From: a virus
Lineage: Duplodnaviria; Caudoviricetes
Direction: 5' to 3' (one strand)
DNA length: 55,751 bases
IMG/VR virus record: IMGVR_UViG_3300048888_000044
Coordinates: 1-55,751 of that record
Positions 44,767-55,034 of the stretch are shown in pieces (the first letter of the stretch is position 1; the number at the start of each line of letters is the position of its first letter). A model generated the notes under the pieces. It was not told the origin of the DNA, did no database searches, and worked only from the letters and a program-made list of their open reading frames with translations. The position numbers and the translations under genes were made by a program.

Positions 44767-45256
44767 GGAACAGGTGATGAGATTTTGCTGCGGGTTCTAC
44801 AAGTCACCAGACAAGGGCAGGATGTTGCTCGTGCATGGAGAGAACGGTACGGGAAAGACCAGATGCCGGAAAGGGATTGAGCGATGGTATTGGAAGGCTG
44901 GAAGGACGGCGTTGTTTGTTCCGCGTGCTGATCTGGTTCGCGTGCCGGAATTGCAATCTTGGTCCTGGCCAAATTTACTGGACCATCTGAAGGAGGGAGG
45001 ATGGGGAATCGTGGAGGACTTGTGCAAGTGCGAGCTGTTGTTGATCGACGAGCTTGGTGGCGGATATGATCCGTCGTTCATTGGGGTGGACAAACTGTGT
45101 CAGATTTTGAGCGCGCGCGAAAACAAGTGGACAATGATCGTGACGAATATCAGGCCGGACGCGATGGAGAGCACGTTCGACCGCAGAGTGGCGAGCCGGA
45201 TCATGCGCAACTCGACGATTGTGGATTTGTCGGACGTGCCGGACTACAACGCATGA
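44600..45256 (+). CDS. DnaC/IstB-like helicase loader
   Basis: GENGTGKT, LLLIDELG, TN, RVASRI. Confidence 0.88.
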   Translation: METQEAKTSAKLIPVLLGSLAEVRTTEKPLNENRLREWSNKWLKMNSSHPRIRELEEQVMRFCCGFYKSPDKGRMLLVHGENGTGKTRCRKGIERWYWKAGRTALFVPRADLVRVPELQSWSWPNLLDHLKEGGWGIVEDLCKCELLLIDELGGGYDPSFIGVDKLCQILSARENKWTMIVTNIRPDAMESTFDRRVASRIMRNSTIVDLSDVPDYNA

Positions 45257-45429
45257 CAACGTGCCCCGAGTGCGGCCTCGAGTACGAGGAAGACGAGTGC
45301 CCGATTTGTGCGCCGCTGAAGCGAGCGTTGACGAAGGCGCGTGAGCATCGGCGTGAGTACGCGTTCAAAAAGATGGCCGAGCGCGCGGACAGTTTCATCG
45401 AACGCAGTCAACCGAGGGAAATGGAATGA
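45253..45429 (+). CDS. Small Zn-ribbon protein
   Basis: CPEC...CPIC, ATGA-coupled. Confidence 0.55.
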   Translation: MTTCPECGLEYEEDECPICAPLKRALTKAREHRREYAFKKMAERADSFIERSQPREME

Positions 45430-45686
45430 GTGACGCAGAGGTAGAAATTTTAAGAATCAGCCTCCCAATTTTACAGGGATTGCTTTCAAGCGGTCACTAT
45501 ACGTCTCCCGAAAGCGATACGGATTGTGCCAGGGTTTTGAAAATAGACAATGGGCCTGATTGGAAATCTTTGGATGGGGAAAATCAGGTTGTTCCTAAAA
45601 GGCATACCGCACAGGCCATCGAGGATGCTCTGGCATTATCCGCAGAATTGATTGCCACCATCCAACTGGAAATTAAAAACCGATGA
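45426..45686 (+). CDS. Hypothetical protein
   Basis: Coupled ORF. Confidence 0.55.
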   Translation: MSDAEVEILRISLPILQGLLSSGHYTSPESDTDCARVLKIDNGPDWKSLDGENQVVPKRHTAQAIEDALALSAELIATIQLEIKNR

Positions 45687-45777
45687 CCACACCCATCGAC
45701 GATGGCCGAAGAACCTTCTACCAGTCCCTCAAGGAATCGGGGTTCCGCGGGATGCTGCCTGAGAAAGCAACTGAAAC

Positions 45778-46437
45778 ATGACCCCCGAAATCATCAACGA
45801 CAGTCTGAGCTCGATGCTCACACAACTCGCGGCGCGAGACGACGTGAAGACCCTTCTGGAAGTTGGGAGTGGTGATGGCAGCGGGTCGACGCAGGCGTTG
45901 ATCTCCGGACTGAAGTCGAAGGCTGACGCGCGGATTGGCTGTTTGGAAACAAGATTGGACCGGATGAATAGTCTTTCGGAAAATGTTTCCAATCGGGGGG
46001 TCAAGGTGGTTTGCCTTCACTCTTCTTCCGTCCCGGTTTCCAGGTGGATGACGGAGATTCAAGTCAGGGATTTTTACCAGTCGCATCTCACCGCACTCAA
46101 CCAGTTCACGATCGAGGAAGTGATCGACTGGAGGCACGTCGAAATCATGCAGGCTCTCGACCTGGTTCAAAACGGTATCGAATGGCTCAAGTCTGGGTGG
46201 GAAATTCAGGAGTTTGACCTCGTGCTGCTTGACGGCTGCCCCTTCTGCGGTGTCGAAGATTTGAAGGCTGTGATCGGCAGCAAAATCATCGTGCTCGATG
46301 ATGTAAATTGCATCAAAAATTACGAAAACTTCAGAGACCTTAGACTCTATGCGAAACCGGAGTACGAGCTCGTTCACCTGGACATGCAGTGCCGTAACGG
46401 GTGGGCCGTGTTTGTGAGGAAGGACACGAAATGCTGA
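45778..46437 (+). CDS. Class I SAM methyltransferase-like
   Basis: LEVGSGDGSGST, FDLVLLDG, IVLDD; similar layout to 23708-24430. Confidence 0.75.
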   Translation: MTPEIINDSLSSMLTQLAARDDVKTLLEVGSGDGSGSTQALISGLKSKADARIGCLETRLDRMNSLSENVSNRGVKVVCLHSSSVPVSRWMTEIQVRDFYQSHLTALNQFTIEEVIDWRHVEIMQALDLVQNGIEWLKSGWEIQEFDLVLLDGCPFCGVEDLKAVIGSKIIVLDDVNCIKNYENFRDLRLYAKPEYELVHLDMQCRNGWAVFVRKDTKC

Positions 46438-46588
46438 CCGTATTTTTCCCCTCCAGTTTCACGGCCGAGGATTTCGAGTTCTGGGTAAGACAGCGTGAAA
46501 AAGTGTTCTGCAAATCCGGGCTCACTATTTTTTTTGAGCCCGGTGATTGGATTGAATGGTGGGTCGATAATGAAAGGAGTCTCGCTGC

Positions 46589-46951
46589 ATGACCGACAAC
46601 GAAATCAACCTGGAGATAGCGGAGGCTTGTGGGTGGAAGTTTTATGATCGAGTAACAGATAAAAAGTCTGGCACTTCTTGGGATGTATATGCAAAGGATG
46701 GTCGTCGTGCTTCATATATGACTCAATCTCTTCCCAACTACTGCACCGACCTGAACGCGATGCACGAGGTGGAGAAAATTATGGATACTCGGCAACAGGA
46801 TGTTTACGCCGGATTTCTTGGAAAACTTACAGGTGGAGTTCAACGCGATTTTGGAGCAATGGTGATTAAATCGACAACTAAAGTTGTTTCCGCCACTGCC
46901 CGCCAACGCGCCGAGGCTTTCTTGAGAACGATTGAGAAGTGGAAAGAATGA
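46589..46951 (+). CDS. Phage ABA-sandwich-like domain protein
   Basis: EIN..IAE..GW...P.YC.DLNAM.EVE...ATARQRAEAFL. Confidence 0.65.
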   Translation: MTDNEINLEIAEACGWKFYDRVTDKKSGTSWDVYAKDGRRASYMTQSLPNYCTDLNAMHEVEKIMDTRQQDVYAGFLGKLTGGVQRDFGAMVIKSTTKVVSATARQRAEAFLRTIEKWKE

Positions 46952-47118
46952 ACTCTCTCGAACAATGGATCGCCGCTCAAAACGTCATCACGGAAAAGGT
47001 CGTGATGAACCTGCTGCAAGACGAAGGAATCGTCAGCGACAATTGCGTGTGGGCGAAAGACGTGTGCGAGAGCGATTGCGTCCAGGCCGTCGCGTGGTTG
47101 GAAGGGAGAAGGGATTGA
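46948..47118 (+). CDS. Small hypothetical protein
   Basis: ATGA-coupled 56 aa ORF. Confidence 0.5.
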   Translation: MNSLEQWIAAQNVITEKVVMNLLQDEGIVSDNCVWAKDVCESDCVQAVAWLEGRRD

Positions 47119-47313
47119 AGTGACGACGCTCAAGTGGTACAACGAACACGGATTCCTCATGGGTGAACAGGTCATGCCCAAACTCATCAGCGAGTCGGCG
47201 ATCCTCAAGACCGCACGTCGCAAGTCCAGGGAGAAGTCGGGATTCTCCAGCCTGAGAGAAGGAAACAAATTGTCGTGGTTCCTGCGCGGGAAAAAGGTGA
47301 GGTTCAAAAAGAA

Positions 47314-47664
47314 GTGAAACTTCCAAACTATGTCAGCGAAACCATCAAGCGGCTCAACCCGAATTTGTTTGTTCGTCGAGTGGATTCCGAAATCTCCGAA
47401 CCGGACCCGCGGCGAGCACTGGTCGAAGACGTTCAAGCACGGGAAAAAAGCTCACGATGCGTGGCGTATCGCGTGGTACTCGTCGCCCACCGCAAGAGAC
47501 TGGTTGATGATGACAATAACGTCGCCGGCTGCAAACCTCTCAGAGATGCCATCGCAGAAACCTTGAGGATCGACGACGGCGACGAACGAATTCAGTGGGA
47601 GTACGGTCAGGTGAAAACGAGTGGAACCGGGGGTGTGTTCGTCATCATTGAAAAGACGTTGTGA
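47314..47664 (+). CDS. RusA-like Holliday junction resolvase
   Basis: DDDN....KPLRDAI...IDD motif. Confidence 0.6.
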   Translation: MKLPNYVSETIKRLNPNLFVRRVDSEISEPDPRRALVEDVQAREKSSRCVAYRVVLVAHRKRLVDDDNNVAGCKPLRDAIAETLRIDDGDERIQWEYGQVKTSGTGGVFVIIEKTL

Positions 47665-48728
47665 AGGACCGACTGACCATCATTTGCGGAGATGCGCTGA
47701 CGGAGTTGAGAAAACTGCCGGAAGAAAGCGTGCAATGCTGCGTCACGTCACCTCCCTATTGGGGACTCCGCAATTACGGGCATCCTGACCAAATCGGACA
47801 AGAGGCAACGCCAGAAGAATACGTCGAAAATCTCCGCCGCGTATTCGCGGAAGTGCGCCGCGTGCTCCGCAAGGATGGAACTTGCTGGCTGAATCTCGGT
47901 GACAGCTTCTTCGGGTCTTGGGGCAACTACTCCGGCCAGAATCGCGGCAACGGCAAGCAGCGCGAAATAGCCAACGGCTCGCAAGTGCCGAATCACGCCT
48001 ACGACGGCGAGGAAACGATGCGCCCGCCAACTTCCGGGAAGCATCCAACGCTCAAGCCGAAAGACCTCTGCATGATTCCAGCGCGCGTCGCGCTCGCGCT
48101 GCAAGCCGATGGCTGGTGGCTGCGCTCGGACATCATCTGGGCGAAACAAAACTGTATGCCCGAAAGTGTGACGGACCGACCGACGCGCTCCCATGAATAT
48201 CTGTTCCTGCTCACGAAGTCTGAACGCTACCACTACGACCACGAGGCCATCAAAGAACCCTGCATCTACGACACGGGCGCTCCCGGCACAAGCACCGCTG
48301 ACCGCAAGGCCCGCGCCGCCGGAAACAAACTTCTGCCGACTGCCGAGCGAAACGGAATCCGGGCGGCGAATCCGGACAAGCAGCGCGGCCACTCACGCCG
48401 GCACGATGGCTTCAATGACCGCTGGGATAAGATGGAGAAGGCGGAACAATGCTCCGGGATGAGAAACAAGCGCGATGTCTGGACTGTCGCTCCAGCAAAC
48501 TATCCCGAATCGCACTTCGCGACCTTCCCGCCGGACCTGATAAAACCCTGCATCCTCGCCGGCTCGAAGCCTGGAGACGTGGTGCTTGATCCTTTCGCGG
48601 GCAGCGGCACTACCGGAATGGTCGCACTGGAACTGGGACGCAAAGCTCTGTTGATAGAACTCAATCCGGATTACGTGAAGCTCATCGAGAAAAGAACTCA
48701 CGTCACTCCCGGTCTAGCGCTCTCCTGA
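47661..48728 (+). CDS. Beta-class N4C/N6A DNA methyltransferase
   Basis: TSPPY, HFATFP, VLDPFAGSGTT. Confidence 0.93.
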   Translation: MKDRLTIICGDALTELRKLPEESVQCCVTSPPYWGLRNYGHPDQIGQEATPEEYVENLRRVFAEVRRVLRKDGTCWLNLGDSFFGSWGNYSGQNRGNGKQREIANGSQVPNHAYDGEETMRPPTSGKHPTLKPKDLCMIPARVALALQADGWWLRSDIIWAKQNCMPESVTDRPTRSHEYLFLLTKSERYHYDHEAIKEPCIYDTGAPGTSTADRKARAAGNKLLPTAERNGIRAANPDKQRGHSRRHDGFNDRWDKMEKAEQCSGMRNKRDVWTVAPANYPESHFATFPPDLIKPCILAGSKPGDVVLDPFAGSGTTGMVALELGRKALLIELNPDYVKLIEKRTHVTPGLALS

Positions 48729-48912
48729 AAACTTTTTGTTGACACTTCTTCGCTTCCGTGGTTCCGTGACGACGCTGACACGCAAGTGTGACTCGTCCTT
48801 CAGCAAGACGCCGCCAGCGAACGGACAGACCTTCTGAGCCTGGCCAGTAGGCAACGGTTGTAAGGGACCCACCATCCCAACGTCGGTAAACCTGTTGTCT
48901 GAACTCTGGCTT

Positions 48913-50220
48913 ATGGCAAACGATTGCGACCTGTATAAGGACTATCTTTTTGATAGGGCTCCCCACTTCGACCTCGACATTCTCCGGGACTGGTTTCCCA
49001 CCGATGACGCCTGGGTAGGTCATTTTATGACCGGCACCTGGGGAGCGTTCACCGGCGCAGAACACACCTACGACCGGACGCACGTTGCTTTCCCGAACGT
49101 GAGCGGCTGTCGTACGCCCATCACGCGCACCGCCGACACCTGCGAAACGTGTTCCCTGCCCGAGAAGCTCATCGGCTGGGGCACTACGCGCAAGACCTAC
49201 GGTCTGGAAGGTGAATCCTTCCGCACGAACGTCCTGTGCTTCGACCAGATCAACAGCAAAGCCGCGGCGAAGGAACAATTCCAAGGAATCCTGGCCGGAC
49301 TCAAGGATGCCACGCGCATCATCCAGTCCAACTATCTGCGGTTACAGGCGCTTAAAGGTGCGGAAAACCTCTACATCTGCAACGCCGCCAACCCCGATTT
49401 GAAGGTCACCATCAACTCGACCCTGCTCGGAACCGATTGCACCGAGTTGCACCTGGCCGCGGCGAGCCTGCCGACGTCGCAGTTGACCATTCCGTATCTG
49501 GACAATTTCTTCGAGGAACTCCAGTTGACGGGCTATTTCAAGAGCAAATACGTCCCCAACGGCGTGATGAAGCTCATCACCGACCCCACCACGACCAAGA
49601 AACTCCGCAAGGACAACCTCAACGACAACTACCGCTACTCCGACATCGAGAAGGGCAGCGTCATGTGGAAGTTCGGTCTGTCGGGAGGCGTCGGCAACTG
49701 GGGTTTCGCCTGGGATCCCTACCCGGCCCGGTACGAGCGGGTCACCGGCGGTTTGCTCAAACGCATTTTCCCCTGGGACAACGTTCCTGCCACCATCGGG
49801 ATCAAGCCGGAAGTCGCCACGGCCTACAAACGGGCTCGTTACCAGGTCAGCTACATCTGGCACCCGGAAGCCGCGCGCGTCCTCACGCAACAGCTTGAGT
49901 CGATCAACTCGGAAATGCCCTTCCTCGTCCGTAACCTGGGCGGCAAGTGGTATTTCGCGGGCGGAAACAACAGCGAAGTGATCGTCTGGACCGACCCGGC
50001 GACAGGTCAGACCTGCACCGTGGACAACAAACGGCACAATCAGGGCTTGTTCTGGAGCGATTTCGTGAACGCGGTGCGCTACGAGCGACCTGAACTGGTG
50101 CGCGCGATCCTCCACTTGCACGAGCCTCCGTGCGTGGTCGATGATCCGACCTGCTCCAGCGAGCCGGCGTCGGTGGTGCAGAGTTACAGCAGCGGAAACG
50201 CTCTCTGCCCCGAGACTTAA
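48913..50220 (+). CDS. Major capsid protein
   Basis: 435 aa, strong C-ending codon bias, own upstream TTGACA and downstream hairpin. Confidence 0.7.
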   Translation: MANDCDLYKDYLFDRAPHFDLDILRDWFPTDDAWVGHFMTGTWGAFTGAEHTYDRTHVAFPNVSGCRTPITRTADTCETCSLPEKLIGWGTTRKTYGLEGESFRTNVLCFDQINSKAAAKEQFQGILAGLKDATRIIQSNYLRLQALKGAENLYICNAANPDLKVTINSTLLGTDCTELHLAAASLPTSQLTIPYLDNFFEELQLTGYFKSKYVPNGVMKLITDPTTTKKLRKDNLNDNYRYSDIEKGSVMWKFGLSGGVGNWGFAWDPYPARYERVTGGLLKRIFPWDNVPATIGIKPEVATAYKRARYQVSYIWHPEAARVLTQQLESINSEMPFLVRNLGGKWYFAGGNNSEVIVWTDPATGQTCTVDNKRHNQGLFWSDFVNAVRYERPELVRAILHLHEPPCVVDDPTCSSEPASVVQSYSSGNALCPET

Positions 50221-50275
50221 GATTCGGTTAATTCTCACGGGCGAAATTAAAACCTTCGCCCTGAACCTTTAATTT

Positions 50276-50491
50276 ATGGACGAAGGACGAGTATTGGAGC
50301 CGGCGCTGCCTTCCCAGCCGAAGGTCAGCTCGAAGTACACGGCCGGCAACGAGCCTGGCAAGGGATTGTCCAAACAGAAGGGCGCTTCCGACAAGCCTTC
50401 GGGCGGCACCGAGAACGTCATCCCAATGGGCAAAAAGATGGCCAATGACCCCGGCATGGGTCTCGGCAAGACGAACAGCGGTTCCTACTGA
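50276..50491 (+). CDS. Small Gly/Lys-rich protein
   Basis: ORF after capsid gene. Confidence 0.55.
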   Translation: MDEGRVLEPALPSQPKVSSKYTAGNEPGKGLSKQKGASDKPSGGTENVIPMGKKMANDPGMGLGKTNSGSY

Positions 50492-50772
50492 TGGCCTACG
50501 ACAATCCAGGCGAAGAGACTGACATGGAAGATTCACCGTCTTCCGGCGATCAGGAGGCTACCACGATCATCCCGCCGGAACTGACCGGTGGCCAGAAGTT
50601 CGAGCCCGGCGACATCATCGAACTCAAGGTGATGTCCGTGGACGAAGACGGTTCCCTGACCGTGAAGTACAACGATGAACCGGAACCCGACGACGCAATG
50701 AGCGCGATGGACAAGCATTTCGACGCACACAGCAACGACGGCGGTGGCGCGGGCTCCGATCCCACCTACTGA
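50491..50772 (+). CDS. Small acidic protein
   Basis: PGD.I.L.V..V motif; coupled. Confidence 0.65.
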   Translation: MAYDNPGEETDMEDSPSSGDQEATTIIPPELTGGQKFEPGDIIELKVMSVDEDGSLTVKYNDEPEPDDAMSAMDKHFDAHSNDGGGAGSDPTY

Positions 50773-51258
50773 ATGAACGACATTGGCGTCATCCAATTGA
50801 GAAACGGTGAATTTACCATCGTTGATTCAGAACACTTTCAGTGGTTGAATCGGTGGAAATGGTTCGTAAACCACTCTGGATACGCCATCCGTAGAAAGCT
50901 GACCAAAGGAAAATGTAAGGCGATATTTCTGCACCGTTTGGTTAACAAAACCCAAGACGGTCAATTCACTGATCATGTTAACGGGTTCAAGCTTGATAAC
51001 ACCTCCATAAATCTCAGGACAGCAAACAAATCCCAGAATGCCTGTAACTGTCCAAAAAGGAATGATGGCTCCTCATCCAGATTCAAAGGAGTTCGATGGG
51101 ACGAAAAAAGAAAAACCTGGGTCGCCTATCTGAGCGGTGGTAAAAACAAGCATTTGGGACAATTTGATTCTGAGGAAAAGGCGGCAGAAGCGTACAATCG
51201 AGCGGCAAAAGAAAAATACGGAGACTTCGCCAAGTTGAACGTCGTCTCGCAACCATAG
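50773..51258 (+). CDS. HNH-AP2 homing endonuclease
   Basis: LHR...DHVNG..LDN...NLR, SRFKGV.W, HLG.F..EE.AA.AYN.AA...YG.FA.LN. Confidence 0.92.
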   Translation: MNDIGVIQLRNGEFTIVDSEHFQWLNRWKWFVNHSGYAIRRKLTKGKCKAIFLHRLVNKTQDGQFTDHVNGFKLDNTSINLRTANKSQNACNCPKRNDGSSSRFKGVRWDEKRKTWVAYLSGGKNKHLGQFDSEEKAAEAYNRAAKEKYGDFAKLNVVSQP

Positions 51259-51266
51259 GATTTATT

Positions 51267-51623
51267 TTGGCTACCTGCACTCTGAGTAATCTAGACTCGA
51301 CCTCGACCTCACCGTTCGCCACGCTGCCACCGCGTCGGCGTCGCGCGCTGCTGATTTACATGCTCGCGCAGGAAGTGAAGGCTTTGGGTGGAACGGATTA
51401 CATCGCCGCTCCGAACACCCTGTTTGCGGACGTGGCGGCTTATGAGCCATTGATCGAGGCTCAACGTGACGCCGCTCTGATCGAGATTGCCAAGGAAAGC
51501 GCCGTGGCGGCTGGAGCCACGATTTCGTCCAACATCAACACGATCGTCCAGGACACGCCGGAGTTTGAGGAGTACCACGACCAGTTGTTGCTGATTCTTT
51601 TCCTGCGCTGCAAGGTTGGTTAA
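51267..51623 (+). CDS. Hypothetical (possibly virion) protein
   Basis: 118 aa; resembles N-terminus of 52473 ORF. Confidence 0.55.
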   Translation: MATCTLSNLDSTSTSPFATLPPRRRRALLIYMLAQEVKALGGTDYIAAPNTLFADVAAYEPLIEAQRDAALIEIAKESAVAAGATISSNINTIVQDTPEFEEYHDQLLLILFLRCKVG

Positions 51624-51649
51624 CTTCGGGGACCATGTTACGGTGAACG

Positions 51650-52006
51650 ATGGCACCGGAATTCGATGCGGTTGACGAGGGGGACAGGCGTTTCCGTCTG
51701 ATCGAAGACCCACCGTTGTTCGAGCACAACATTCCGCTGGAACAACTGGTGTCGGTCAAGGATGAGGTTACCAGGGAGAAGTGGAAGCTCGACAATGTGA
51801 TCGGTCAAAAGCTGGATTACCTGATAAAATTCAGCGTCCAGTCGAACAACAACCTGTATTACCTGGAAACGGAAGTCATCCGTGGCAAGCAGTTCCGAAA
51901 ATATCTCTGGGGCAGAATCACCATCTTCATCGCCCTGGCGGTGGCGTTTATGGAGTTCCTGGTTCGCATGGCGCCAGCAATCTTCGCTCACATATCAACC
52001 AAGTGA
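51650..52006 (+). CDS. Membrane protein with C-terminal TM segment
   Basis: ITIFIALAVAFMEFLV. Confidence 0.6.
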   Translation: MAPEFDAVDEGDRRFRLIEDPPLFEHNIPLEQLVSVKDEVTREKWKLDNVIGQKLDYLIKFSVQSNNNLYYLETEVIRGKQFRKYLWGRITIFIALAVAFMEFLVRMAPAIFAHISTK

Positions 52007-52007
52007 A

Positions 52008-52472
52008 ATGCCTGAATCCACCGTCAACCAGATCGACGAGTATTACCGGCTCATCGCCGAAAGAACGGCGCGCGGGGAATTGGAACGTCGGCCACTGCGT
52101 TTCCTGTTCATCGACGACGACGAAGAGTTCAATCAGATGGTTCAAATCACGTTCGGGAAATCAGGCATTGTAGTGGACTCCGCGCTCACGGCCAACGAGG
52201 GACATCGCAAGGCCGTCTCCCAAACTCCGCCCTACACGCTGATCGTGCTCGATGTTGTTGGAATAGGAAAACCGTTGCCGGACGCCTTCCGGGATTTGAA
52301 GCGGGACCTGCCTTCCGTTCCCGTCGCCATTTGCACCGGCTACGCCGCGGCGCCGGAAATCCAGGAGTGTTTGAAGTACGGAAACTTCTGGCTGCTGGAC
52401 AAACCACTCGACATAAAACGACTCGCGGGTATCTTCGAGCATTACCGTGACATGCTCGCACCACAAAACTGA
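52008..52472 (+). CDS. Single-domain response regulator (receiver)
   Basis: FLFIDDD, LIVLD, ICTG, LDKP. Confidence 0.88.
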   Translation: MPESTVNQIDEYYRLIAERTARGELERRPLRFLFIDDDEEFNQMVQITFGKSGIVVDSALTANEGHRKAVSQTPPYTLIVLDVVGIGKPLPDAFRDLKRDLPSVPVAICTGYAAAPEIQECLKYGNFWLLDKPLDIKRLAGIFEHYRDMLAPQN

Positions 52473-54038
52473 ATGGCCATAGATGTCAACGCGGTCGTGA
52501 CGGCGGGAAAATCCTACGGTGGTCTATCGCCACTCGCGCGCCGGAAGGTTTACGCGGCCATCCTGTGCGACATCGTGAAGGTTTATTCCCCGTCCTTCAA
52601 CTGCAACACGCAGTCCAACGGTTGCGTCTCGTGCCTGTCACCGGAAAAACTGTCGTTCCTCCAGGTTCAACTGCTCTGCCTCATCAACAAGGTGTCCACA
52701 CCTTCCTTCGATTGTTCCGCCTCGGCGCTCGTGACTTCACAGAGCTGTCTGCTGTGCGCCGAGCCGTCGGTGCAACTCACGGTTCTGGTAACCCTTGCTT
52801 CTGAATCTTTGCTCGTGCTGAACGGATCGGCCAATGTCGATCCCTCGGCGCTACTCACGGCCAACAACTGCATCGCCTGTCTGGATTCACAGGCGTTGGA
52901 GGTGGAAATCGCGTTGCTCCTAATTGGCTGGTTGAGTGTGTTTCAAACGGTGGATGTCCCGGGACTGGTGGATGATTGCGATTGCAATGCTTTTGCTGTT
53001 CCGGGTTCCGTATCGGGACCATTTGGGTTTCTACCGTTGCAGGCGATTCAGTTCGCTCCCCTGGCTACCAGTCCTCCTTCGGCTGGTCCGGATACTCCCG
53101 TGGCGACCGCGGCTACCAATGTGACTGACACCTCATTCAGCGCCAATTGGAACGCCGCCTCTGGCGCCACCAGTTATCGTCTGGATGTTTCCACCAGCGC
53201 CGGGTTCGGAAGTTTTGTCGGGATTTACAACAACCTGAACGTCGGCAACGTCACGACGTTTTCTGTCACCGGTCTTTCGGCGTTCACCCAATACTTTTAC
53301 CGGCTCAGGGCCGTCAACGGTGGAGGAACCAGCGCCAATTCCAACACGATAACGGTCACCACCACAATTCCTCTGACCAACCTCTTGGCTCAATGGGAAT
53401 CCGACACACTGGTGTTGAACGACGGAGATCCCGTGGCCACCTGGAACGACAGCAGCGTGAACGCGCGCAATGCCACGCAGGCCGTCGCCGGGCAACGCCC
53501 GCTCTACAAGGTGAACATTTTCGGGACCAAGCCGGCTATTTTGTTCGATGGCAGCAACGATCAGTTGGGTTTCACGTCCACGGTGATTGGAGCGTTCACC
53601 GCGTTCAGTGTGATCATGCCACTGGCCAGCGGTTCGCCTTACTCGGTAGGACACCTGACCTGGGGGGAAGTGGCCAACCTGAAGGGGTTCATGTTGGATG
53701 GAGACGGCAGCGGCAGTTTCTTCGCGCATTGCACCATCCGGTCCGGCGGGGCGGAAATCCTCAACAAAAAAGGATCCTCGACCAACGCCTCTACAAAGCA
53801 TCTGTTGACCTGGACTTTCGACGGCGCCGCCACAGTCGCCGCCCGCAACAACGGCGCGCCCTCTGTGCTGACCAATAACGACGGTGGATTTGGACCGATG
53901 ACCAACGGACAAATCGGCATGGCCTTTGTGAATTACAACGGGTACATCGCTGCCATCATGGTTTATAACGCCGTTCTGAGCGCGGGCGACATCACGGCCG
54001 TCGAGACCTATCTCAACGGAAAATATCCCTGCTTCTGA
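52473..54038 (+). CDS. Virion/surface protein with FN3 and LamG-like domains
   Basis: FSANW..ASGATSYRLDV..YFYRLRAVN; V..W.D.S, FDGSND, VYN.VLS..I..VE.YL..KY. Confidence 0.85.
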   Translation: MAIDVNAVVTAGKSYGGLSPLARRKVYAAILCDIVKVYSPSFNCNTQSNGCVSCLSPEKLSFLQVQLLCLINKVSTPSFDCSASALVTSQSCLLCAEPSVQLTVLVTLASESLLVLNGSANVDPSALLTANNCIACLDSQALEVEIALLLIGWLSVFQTVDVPGLVDDCDCNAFAVPGSVSGPFGFLPLQAIQFAPLATSPPSAGPDTPVATAATNVTDTSFSANWNAASGATSYRLDVSTSAGFGSFVGIYNNLNVGNVTTFSVTGLSAFTQYFYRLRAVNGGGTSANSNTITVTTTIPLTNLLAQWESDTLVLNDGDPVATWNDSSVNARNATQAVAGQRPLYKVNIFGTKPAILFDGSNDQLGFTSTVIGAFTAFSVIMPLASGSPYSVGHLTWGEVANLKGFMLDGDGSGSFFAHCTIRSGGAEILNKKGSSTNASTKHLLTWTFDGAATVAARNNGAPSVLTNNDGGFGPMTNGQIGMAFVNYNGYIAAIMVYNAVLSAGDITAVETYLNGKYPCF

Positions 54039-54099
54039 AAACGTGCATCCGTTTCAAATTAGTCTTGTGTCTCCTGGCTGTGGCGGTCTTTACTTCGGC

Positions 54100-54741
54100 A
54101 TGTCATATTACAATGGCAATTCACCAGACCGACACACCTTCACACGCCGAATCCAATTGGGTTGGAGATCCCTACTTTTCGCCGCGACGCTGATACTGCT
54201 GTTCGCCTGTCCGCTCTCCGAAGCAGCTTCCATCACCTTTGGCTGGACGGCTTCCAGCGGAACCGTTGCTGGCTACAAACTTTACCAGTCGAACAACGGC
54301 GGGGCTTCATTCGTTCCAGTACTCACAAACGTCACGACCACCTCCACGGTTTCCAATCTGGTCCAAGGCGTCACGTACCAGCATTACGTCACGGCTTTCA
54401 ACCAGGATGCCGAGAGTCTTCCGAGCAACATTTCCACGAACCGGATTCCGTTCGCCGCGCCGTCCGCTCCCCAGAACCTTGTCCCGACGGTGATCTCGGC
54501 CACGCGCATCGACTTGAACTGGCGTGACATGGCGTCCAACGAAAAGGGTTTCAAACTGGAGCGCACCAAGGGTTCCTCAACCGATTTCTCTCTGGTGGCC
54601 ACGCTGGCGCCGGACACGATTTCGTTCATCGACAATTCTTTGAAGCCACGGAGAAGCTACTGTTACCGAATCTACGCCTTCAACGATACTGGGAATTCAG
54701 GGTACTCCGGGCCGGCGTGCGTTAAAACCCTGAATCACTAG
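54100..54741 (+). CDS. Exported protein with two FN3 domains
   Basis: Signal-like hydrophobic stretch ending SEA; W..S..VAGY, L.W.D..NE.GF..ER, YRIYAFN..G.S. Confidence 0.8.
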   Translation: MSYYNGNSPDRHTFTRRIQLGWRSLLFAATLILLFACPLSEAASITFGWTASSGTVAGYKLYQSNNGGASFVPVLTNVTTTSTVSNLVQGVTYQHYVTAFNQDAESLPSNISTNRIPFAAPSAPQNLVPTVISATRIDLNWRDMASNEKGFKLERTKGSSTDFSLVATLAPDTISFIDNSLKPRRSYCYRIYAFNDTGNSGYSGPACVKTLNH

Positions 54742-54744
54742 GAT

Positions 54745-55023
54745 GTGCCGTACCCCGAACTCGGATTTCACCTATTCGTACCAAAAAACGGAGAGAGCCC
54801 GATGGTGGCCAATGTTTTCTCTTCTTACAGTGGCCGCAAGTTGGTCCGTTTCCACCGGATAGACGGCACAGTCATTGTTAGCGGCAAGACCCAGGTGCCG
54901 GTCATCCTTGGCATCGCCGAAAGCAGGGGAAAATTCCTGCCGCTTGGGGCGTTCAGCGGTGATCTTTGGGTGCCTCTGCAAGGTCTGAAAACAAGGCTTG
55001 CCCGCAACGGGAACGGTCATTAG
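54745..55023 (+). CDS. Hypothetical protein
   Basis: 92 aa ORF in operon. Confidence 0.45.
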   Translation: MPYPELGFHLFVPKNGESPMVANVFSSYSGRKLVRFHRIDGTVIVSGKTQVPVILGIAESRGKFLPLGAFSGDLWVPLQGLKTRLARNGNGH

Positions 55024-55034
55024 TGTTCTCAACC

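Noticed and set aside
52473-54038. Diversity-generating retroelement target
   Set aside because: No reverse transcriptase and no template/variable repeat pair seen.
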